DNA of 54,643 nucleotides from Desulfuromonas sp. (GTDB lineage Bacteria; Desulfobacterota; Desulfuromonadia; Desulfuromonadales; Geopsychrobacteraceae): NCBI GenBank assembly GCA_002869665.1, contig PKUG01000183.1, positions 1 to 54,643 of the forward strand, read 5' to 3'. Shown piece by piece: positions 45,175 to 51,052 of this stretch (position 1 is its first letter; each line of letters starts with the position of its first letter). The notes under the pieces were generated by a model. It saw only the letters and a program-made list of their open reading frames with translations, ran no database searches and was not told where the DNA came from. The position numbers and the translations under genes were made by a program.

Positions 45175-45390
45175 TCATTCGCTAGATTTCAAGAGCAACA
45201 CAAACGTTGTGAAAAGCGGGCGCGTGTAACCCGATCTCTCTGATGACCAGCTTGATTTTCCGCCACTCGATGCGGGTTCCATCCGGGACATGGCCAATAA
45301 AGTAGACCTGCTCTCCCAAGAAGGAAGAGCCGAATAGACATTATCGCCAGTCTGGATACGATAAATCCCCACCTCCAAGGAGGAGTGCAT
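45175..45390 (-). pseudogene. Possible decayed toxin-like gene fragment (RelE/ParE-like?), split over two frames
   Basis: Frame 1 reads ..LEVGIYRIQTGDNVYSALPSW. The adjacent frame reads GEQVYFIGHVPDGTRIEWRKIKLVIREIGL.., loosely like G.YR.R.GDYR.IY......V....GHR. Stops lie just upstream, so no N-terminal part remains. Confidence 0.15.
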
Positions 45391-45438
45391 TCGAATGAGA
45401 AAGATCTATTTGACTATTCACCTAAAAACATTGGTTTG

Positions 45439-45906
45439 TTAGATTATTTCTATGCCTGACTGAATGTTGCAAAATTCTTGTACTTCTTCTGTAGACAGCT
45501 CAAACCATTCGTTTCGAACCAGTTTCTCTTTGTATTTTTCGTGAAGTAACTTTTCGTGCCGAGCCGCCTCATTTGACGCAAAGTGGTGGACCAAAACCAG
45601 CTTTTCAGGATTGCCTGTTTGTAGTGTGGCAATTCTATTGTTGATAGTTTTTGTTGTTCCTATTTTGTATTTATTACGCCCCGATTGTAGGAGATAAACG
45701 TAGCCAAATGGATCATTTTGGGGAGGCTGATGCTCTTTTAATTTTCCTATGTATTTTTCCCAGCCGGGCCAATCACTGGTGCCATATTTACCAGAACCGT
45801 CTACGTACAAACGTTCCCATTCATGCAGTAACTTTTTTTCTTCTTCTGGCATTGCAGCATAGCAGCCGACCATTGCCGATATGTATTTGAGAAATTCATG
45901 ATTCAT
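45439..45906 (-). CDS. T5orf172 (GIY-YIG superfamily, MUG113-like) domain protein with an unknown N-terminal domain
   Basis: The C-terminal half reads GYVYLLQSGRNKYKIGTTKTINNRIATLQTGNPEKLVLVHHF...HEKYKEKLVRNEWFEL, which fits the T5orf172 pattern. Confidence 0.75.
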   Translation of the reverse strand: MNHEFLKYISAMVGCYAAMPEEEKKLLHEWERLYVDGSGKYGTSDWPGWEKYIGKLKEHQPPQNDPFGYVYLLQSGRNKYKIGTTKTINNRIATLQTGNPEKLVLVHHFASNEAARHEKLLHEKYKEKLVRNEWFELSTEEVQEFCNIQSGIEII

Positions 45907-45987
45907 TTTATAAGCTAACGTCTCTAGCTAAGTAGCGGGCAACCGAAACTACGAGTGGCAGCGTATTTTTCGAAAAGTACGTCCGTA

Positions 45988-46434
45988 TCACCCCGTCTGC
46001 TTGGACGTGTTGTTGGGCCAACATTTATCGGGCTGAGACTTGAGCTCATGGCCATTTGCTTTGCAGAATGCGCGAAATTCCTCTGAATAGGATTCAACTA
46101 CAAAATTACCAGAAGAAATGAATGACTCTTGTTCATCAAGCATCCACTTGACGGTCATTTTCCAGCTTTCAGTTTTATGTGCAATTTCATACAAAGACTC
46201 TGTGATTGCAATTTTGCTGTTGTTATACCAATGATCCGACACATGATTTGATGAAAGACCTTGTTCGATGTTGAGTTGATTGAACTTCATGAATAATTCA
46301 ACCGCTTGAGTCTCCCTCAATGACCTTTGTGTAGCGTTAAATTGTCGGACACCAATTATCACAGCGAGCATCGCCACGATACACGCAATTATGGTTGATA
46401 TGTTTGCTGCTATTAATATTTGTCCAGACAACAT
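45988..46434 (-). CDS. Hypothetical membrane-anchored protein (one N-terminal TM helix)
   Basis: The start is at MLSGQ, with AAGGAGGG upstream. The TM segment reads ILIAANISTIIACIVAMLAVIIGV. No family was recognised for the rest. Confidence 0.6.
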   Translation of the reverse strand: MLSGQILIAANISTIIACIVAMLAVIIGVRQFNATQRSLRETQAVELFMKFNQLNIEQGLSSNHVSDHWYNNSKIAITESLYEIAHKTESWKMTVKWMLDEQESFISSGNFVVESYSEEFRAFCKANGHELKSQPDKCWPNNTSKQTG

Positions 46435-47026
46435 TTTCCCTCCTTGTTTATGGCCCAAAGGTAAATAGACGGATCCGTATATAACTGTAAACAAAGGCGC
46501 GGATCGTCTTTCTATATCCTTGGTTAAAAATTAAAATATCAATGATAACTATTCAATAATAAAGATTATTCCCAGATTCTTTATAGCTTTTCCGTACAAT
46601 TATAGGCCGATCTGCCTATATCTGGGAATAGTTCCGAGGAATAGTATATTAAATTACTCGTATCGATCCTGTCAGACCTTCCCAACACAACAAAAGCCGC
46701 CGACCGGTGGGTGACCGGTCCAGCGGCTTTGATAATTTCTCTTCCTGTTTTCCGCATCGCCCCACCCCAAGCAATGAATTCAACAACGAGTGCCATTCAA
46801 TAATTTTATTGAATGGTTGTCAATTGTTAACGATTTTCGAAAACACCTTTCCCACATGGCGGCCCACCTGCCCCGCTTTTCCTTTCTCCATAGACTGCGA
46901 AAAAAACCAGTTTTTCGGACTATCAGGCAAAAATTGTACAGGATCGATCTACCGTTTGTTCCTGCACTTTGCGTATGATTACAGGATCAAAACAATATCC
47001 ACATGCAGAGTCAAAAGGAGACACAC

Positions 47027-48214
47027 ATGAATTTCGTAGCCTATAACCCCACCCGCCTTGTTTTCGGCGCCGGAAGCCTTTCCAAACTCGGGGAACTGAC
47101 CAGCCCGTACGGCAAAAAAGCCCTGATCGTCACCGGCGGCAACAGCGTCAAGAAGAGCGGCGTGTTCGCTCGGGCGGTGGCGAGCCTGAACGCTGCGGGG
47201 GTTGCCGTAGCGGAGTGTGCGGGGATCGAGCCCAACCCGCGCATCACCTCGGTCAAGCGCGGAGCGGATATCGCCCGCGCCGAAAAGTGCGACGTGGTCA
47301 TCGCCCTCGGCGGCGGCAGCGCCATGGACGCGTCCAAGGTGATCGCCGCAGCAGCCCTGTATGATGGCGATCCCTGGAACCTGATCGGCCACGGCCAGGA
47401 AAACTGGGCGATCCCGAAGCAGGCGCTGCCGATCATCACGGTGCCGACCCTGGCCGCCACCGGTTCGGAAATGAACGCCGGCGCGGTGATCAGCAACGAG
47501 GAGACAAAGGTAAAATCCTTTGTCCAGGCCGAGTGCCTGTTCCCCAAGGTCGCCCTGGTCGACCCGGAACTGACCCTGAGCGTACCGCAGGACCAGACCG
47601 CCTACTGCGTGTGCGACATCATCACCCACGTGACCGAAGGCTATTTCAACGGTGTCGACGGCACCCCGATCCAGGACCGCTTTGCCGAAGGGGTCATCAT
47701 CAACGCTATCGAATGGGGAAAGAAAGCTGTCGCCGACGGCAATAATCTGGACGCCCGCGAGCAGGTGCAGTGGGCCTCCATCGTCGCCCTCAACGGCTGG
47801 GTCCAGGCGGGAACGTCCGGAGGTTACCCGGTGCATATGATTGAGCACGCACTGTCCGCCCACCACGACATCACCCACGGCGCCGGCCTTGCTATCGTCA
47901 ACCCGGCCTGGATGCGCTTTGCCGCCAAGTCGCGCCCCGAGCGTTTCGCCCAGTTCGCCGAGCGGGTTTTCGGTCTGTCGCCGGCAGGGAAAGACACCAC
48001 GACTCTCGCGCTGGAAGGGATCGACGCCTACGTCACCTTTTTGAAGGAGATCGGTTGCCCGACAACCCTGTCGGAAGTCGGCATCGGCGAGGAACTGTTC
48101 GAGCAGTATGCCAAGGACGCCGTCCTCGTCGTCCGTGACAAAGAAGGCAACCTGCTCGGCCGTCCGCCCATGAGCCAGGACGATATCGTCGCGGTTCTGC
48201 GCTCGGCGCTTTAA
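47027..48214 (+). CDS. Iron-containing (group III) alcohol dehydrogenase, YqhD/BdhA-like
   Basis: MNFVAYNPTRLVFGAGSL.., ALGGGSAMDASK, and metal-site His residues (..HMIEHALSAHHDITHGAGLA..) are present. AAAGGAG lies upstream. Confidence 0.9.
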   Translation: MNFVAYNPTRLVFGAGSLSKLGELTSPYGKKALIVTGGNSVKKSGVFARAVASLNAAGVAVAECAGIEPNPRITSVKRGADIARAEKCDVVIALGGGSAMDASKVIAAAALYDGDPWNLIGHGQENWAIPKQALPIITVPTLAATGSEMNAGAVISNEETKVKSFVQAECLFPKVALVDPELTLSVPQDQTAYCVCDIITHVTEGYFNGVDGTPIQDRFAEGVIINAIEWGKKAVADGNNLDAREQVQWASIVALNGWVQAGTSGGYPVHMIEHALSAHHDITHGAGLAIVNPAWMRFAAKSRPERFAQFAERVFGLSPAGKDTTTLALEGIDAYVTFLKEIGCPTTLSEVGIGEELFEQYAKDAVLVVRDKEGNLLGRPPMSQDDIVAVLRSAL

Positions 48215-48295
48215 CCCGTCCCGCTCTTTTCAACAACATTCACCTACAGCGGGTAACTTCGCGAGCGAGGTTGCCTGCTGCTTGCAGGAGCTGTT

Positions 48296-48547
48296 TTGCC
48301 TACCTTGTCACATGCAAAGGCAGAAGGGGAGGTCGCCGTTTTAGCAGCGGCCTCTCCCGGCTGGTACTTTCTCGCCGTCCTCAGCCTGCTGATGGGCTTC
48401 GCTTCGATCTCCACCGACCTATACCTGCCGGCGATGCCGGAAATGGGCCGCTCCCTGAACGCGAGCGCCGGCAGCGGACTCGGCTGCCTGCTGTCAATGC
48501 TGTTGCTGATTCCCCAAAAAGCCAGGAACCATTGCGTCCGGAATTAA
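48296..48547 (+). pseudogene. 5-prime remnant of a Bcr/CflA-family MFS transporter gene
   Basis: ..LAVLSLLMGFASISTDLYLPAMPEMGRSLNASAG matches only TM1 and the first loop of Bcr/CflA exporters. After about aa 58 the similarity is lost and the ORF stops at 83 aa. Confidence 0.6.
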
Positions 48548-49068
48548 GCTTTGAGAAATCGACTAGTGCCATTAGGGATGATCTGCAGAAAACTGAACCT
48601 CAACATCCATCGATTCATGGAGTATCCGGACAATCTGGAGTGGTGCGCTTTGAAGTTGGCGATAGTAGATGATTGACCACCGGTGGGTAATTTTTGATAA
48701 CCTTCTTTGATCTCGCTGCAATTTTTGCCGATTGCGGGGTTCTCGGCAAGCCGATGACGATCAACCTGGCACCGCTTGCCAATGCGCAGGCGATGAACAT
48801 GGTCATCAGGGTCGGCGCTCACAGGCTCTTTCATGGGCTTTGCCTGAATCATATCCGCTTCGACGACGATCAACTCCAGAAGCTCCGTCAAATCAACAGG
48901 CGGAGACTTTTTGCTCAGAACGTCCGCGACCCGCTGGTACTCTTCCAGAATTTCAGGAGTAAGCACGTGTGAGAATTTTCCGTCACGCCAGCCTTGGAGG
49001 ATCTTGCCTGGTGGCCCGCCGAAGAAAACCCCCGATATGAAAACATTGCTATCGTGAACAACCTTCAT
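48544..49068 (-). CDS. PIN-domain toxin (TIGR00305-like), apparently frameshifted or degenerate in its C-terminal half
   Basis: MKVVHDSNVFISGVFFGGPPGKILQGW..ILEEYQRV.. up to ADPDD is PIN-like. The expected continuation MFIACALASGARLIVIG is found in another frame (ORF 48615-48806). Confidence 0.6.
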   Translation of the reverse strand: MKVVHDSNVFISGVFFGGPPGKILQGWRDGKFSHVLTPEILEEYQRVADVLSKKSPPVDLTELLELIVVEADMIQAKPMKEPVSADPDDHVHRLRIGKRCQVDRHRLAENPAIGKNCSEIKEGYQKLPTGGQSSTIANFKAHHSRLSGYSMNRWMLRFSFLQIIPNGTSRFLKA

Positions 49069-49328
49069 TTACGACCCCGGACCTCTGTAATAGCTTCGGC
49101 GATGTCCGACTTTTTAAGTCCCACCGTTTTTGCCTGACTCCGTACCTTTGCGACCAAACCGTCAAATTCATCCATAGATGGCGGGGTAATCGCCTTCAGG
49201 ATCACAACATCGGCGTCACCGACAACAACGAACTGCGTACCGGGCTTGAGGTTAAGGCGCTTACGCACATCCTCCGGAATAACGACCTGCCCCTTTGAAG
49301 ACATTTTGGTTGTAGCTAACTTCGCCAT
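49065..49328 (-). CDS. AbrB/MazE/SpoVT-family antitoxin
   Basis: MAKLATTKMSSKGQVVIPEDVRKRLNLKPGTQFVV is a SpoVT-AbrB swapped-hairpin motif. GGAGG lies upstream, and the stop overlaps the PIN start (ATGA). Confidence 0.8.
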   Translation of the reverse strand: MAKLATTKMSSKGQVVIPEDVRKRLNLKPGTQFVVVGDADVVILKAITPPSMDEFDGLVAKVRSQAKTVGLKKSDIAEAITEVRGRK

Positions 49329-49611
49329 AAGATTCCTCCGTGCAATTCTTACCAGTAAGATCATTGCAACCAGGTCGCCTTGCCAGGAGAAAGGTTAAAT
49401 ACCACTTCACCGCGCAGGTTTTTTCCTGTTGATGTCAAGGCTCCGCAAACTGCCACCTCACAACCGTTGGAAGTATCATTTAAGCCGGCCCTCAGAGAGT
49501 CGGGTTTGAAGTAAATGTAGTCTGAGTTCATCAAACAAACGGCGCAATCCACAACCGGGATCACACCTTATACTTAGCCGCTCAGGGTTCCGCCATAAAA
49601 GCAATGGTTCC

Positions 49612-49660
49612 CGGAAACAAAACAAGACCGCCACCCCAGGCTTGAGGTGGCGGTCTTGTT
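49612..49660 (-). terminator. Rho-independent terminator of the repeat-protein gene
   Basis: Minus strand: AACAAGACCGCCACC, a 10-nt loop, GGTGGCGGTCTTGTT, followed by TTGTTTCC. It lies 22 nt after the stop. Confidence 0.8.
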
Positions 49661-49681
49661 CATGCGGGTGACTGCTGAGTG

Positions 49682-50089
49682 TTATGCTTGTTCTTCATAG
49701 TTACCGGGGCCGAACTCTTCATCCAGACGCGGATTGTAGAAGGCCTGCTCTTCGTAGTTGCCGGGGCCGAACTCTTCATCCAGACGCGGGTTGTAGAAGG
49801 CTTGCTCTTCGTAGTTGCCGGGGCCGAACTCTTCATCCAGGCGCGGATTGTAGAAGGCTTGCTCTTCGTAGTTACCGGGGCCGAACTCTTCATCCAGGCG
49901 CGGATTGTAGAAGGCTTGCTCTTCGTAGTTGCCGGGGCCGAATTCCTCGTCAAGGCGCGGGTTGCCACTGAATGCAGTCGGATTAATACTATCGGTGGCG
50001 AAGGATTCTGAGTTGAATTGGTTGAAACCCACAACAACAGCTGCGAGCAGAAGGCTTGCGAAAACCACATTGATTCGAGTTTTCTTCAT
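49682..50089 (-). CDS. Secreted protein: signal peptide + 5 tandem copies of NPRLDEEFGPGNYEEQA(FY)
   Basis: The start is at MKKTRINVVFASLLLAAVVVGF (Sec-type n/h regions), with AAAGGA upstream. The whole mature part consists of five identical 20-aa units. Confidence 0.7.
   Translation of the reverse strand: MKKTRINVVFASLLLAAVVVGFNQFNSESFATDSINPTAFSGNPRLDEEFGPGNYEEQAFYNPRLDEEFGPGNYEEQAFYNPRLDEEFGPGNYEEQAFYNPRLDEEFGPGNYEEQAFYNPRLDEEFGPGNYEEQA
49685..49963. repeat. 60-bp tandem repeat, about 4.7 units, inside the CDS
   Basis: The units differ at a few positions only (GTTACC/GTTGCC, CAGACG/CAGGCG, GGATT/GGGTT, GGCCTG/GGCTTG, plus several in the 5-prime-most unit). All differences are synonymous in the coding frame. 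Confidence 0.95.
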
Positions 50090-50170
50090 GACTTTGTCCT
50101 TTCTAGAACTGTATGGGAACGTTGATTTCTTATGCAAGCGTTCAACGTCTCGTTTATGGATAGACATAAC

Positions 50171-50188
50171 CAGCAGGGACCATGCCAA
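50171..50188 (-). promoter_or_regulatory. Candidate sigma-54 (-24/-12) promoter of the repeat-protein gene
   Basis: Minus strand: TTGGCATGGTCCCTGCTG, with GG and GC 12 nt apart as in TGGCAC-N5-TTGC. It lies about 85 nt upstream of the ATG. Confidence 0.35.
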
Positions 50189-50521
50189 CTCGGCTAGCCA
50201 ATAGATGCCAATATTTTTCAGATAGTTACAAAGAAGGGACGGCAACAGCTACCAACCGACCTGTAGACTATTCTCTATTCGTTGTTAAATATTCTACAAA
50301 TCCTCCTTGCCGCTCTGGCTATTTGCCAGGGCTCCAAAGGTGCAGCTAGTTTTTTTGTTCAGCATGACCATTTTTCTGATTTTTCCAGACTGTCATTGAT
50401 TACCAATCAAATCTGTTATTGCTCGGGTGATTAAACAGTGAAAAGATTGGAGGTTATCTCGATCTGCCCTGCTCAGGAAAAACCTATCTGGATAACCAGA
50501 AAATTCGATTTAATTTATCCC

Positions 50522-50675
50522 GCTGAGGCGCAGTGGCGCTGAGAGAGAATGGCTTATTTTCCCAACAAATCCATAAAGTTAGTGTCCATTATACATTCTA
50601 TTCTCTGCGATCTTTCTTCTGTCTTTCTCTGTGCCTCCGCGCTTCTGCACGAAATCTGAATTCCGATTCCGATTG
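50522..50675. repeat. Composite modular repeats (two GCGCAGAG-type modules in opposite orientation + short hexamer tract)
   Basis: GCTGAGGCGCAGTGGCGCTGAGAGAGAAT (50522-50550). TTCTCTGCGATCTTTCTTCTGTCTTTCTCTGTGCCTCCGCGCTTCTGCAC (50601-50650). GAATTCCGATTCCGATTG (50658-50675). Confidence 0.7.
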
Positions 50676-50813
50676 TTTCATTTTGGGTTGCGGCTGTTGA
50701 GCTCGACTCAGATATTTATCCGCCGGAGCTATAGTTACTTCCTGTCTCGTTGAGCTTTTCTCTGTCGATTCCGCCATTTTACAACCCTGGACCAGGGTCA
50801 AAGGTTCAGGGTT

Positions 50814-50829
50814 TGGCATGGTCGTCGCT
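50814..50829 (+). promoter_or_regulatory. Candidate sigma-54 (-24/-12) promoter of the Met-rich Spy/ZraP-like gene
   Basis: TGGCATGGTCGTCGCT has correct GG-N10-GC spacing. It is preceded by the perfect palindrome ACCCTGG A CCAGGGT (50784-50798). It lies about 225 nt upstream of the ATG. Confidence 0.3.
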
Positions 50830-51052
50830 GTAATAATTCTGATATCCCTGATAGAGCAGAAGACGATAACGCCTGCCGATGCCATCCGTAAAGACATAAG
50901 AGGTGAATCATGACCATCGCATTGAAGGACGCTCTCTGATATTTGGCTCTCGGCATATTCTTCCTGATGATGAAAAGAGACGGCTGTCGTGGCGTCCGTC
51001 ATCACCGGGAACAGATGAACAAAACGAACAGCACAACACAAGGAGAAGGACG

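Larger units (their letters stand above)
45171..46990. other. AT-rich accessory segment, visibly lower GC than the flanks (about 40% versus about 60% by eye)
   Basis: Composition shifts abruptly after the hairpin at 45170 and returns to GC-rich at the alcohol dehydrogenase gene. The segment holds two minus-strand genes, gene debris and a roughly 590-bp non-coding stretch. Confidence 0.6.

Noticed and set aside
46979-47878. 299-aa minus-strand ORF opposite the alcohol dehydrogenase. The same applies to 24097-25017, opposite the response regulator.
   Set aside because: They are shadow ORFs, and the sense strands have diagnostic motifs.
48766-48779. TGGCACCGCTTGCC, resembling a sigma-54 promoter.
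   Set aside because: The GG-to-GC spacing is 10 nt instead of 12, and it lies inside the PIN coding region on the non-coding strand.
49361-49564. 67-aa minus-strand ORF between the repeat-protein gene and the antitoxin gene.
   Set aside because: It has a GTG start without an RBS and no recognisable motif. It runs into the antitoxin upstream region, which probably contains the TA promoter.
49685-49963. PqqA-like reading of the repeat unit (EQAFY gives Glu-x3-Tyr, the PQQ precursor spacing), or a multi-core RiPP precursor.
   Set aside because: No pqqB-E genes, radical-SAM genes or other maturase genes are nearby. The protein also has a Sec signal peptide, which argues against cytoplasmic RiPP processing. 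It is kept only as a remote possibility.
49660-50070. Alternative-frame ORFs through the 60-bp tandem repeat (49660-50070 minus, 49679-50011 plus, 49684-49971 plus).
   Set aside because: Any frame stays open across a perfect repeat. Only the chosen frame has a signal peptide, an RBS, a terminator and strictly synonymous inter-unit differences.
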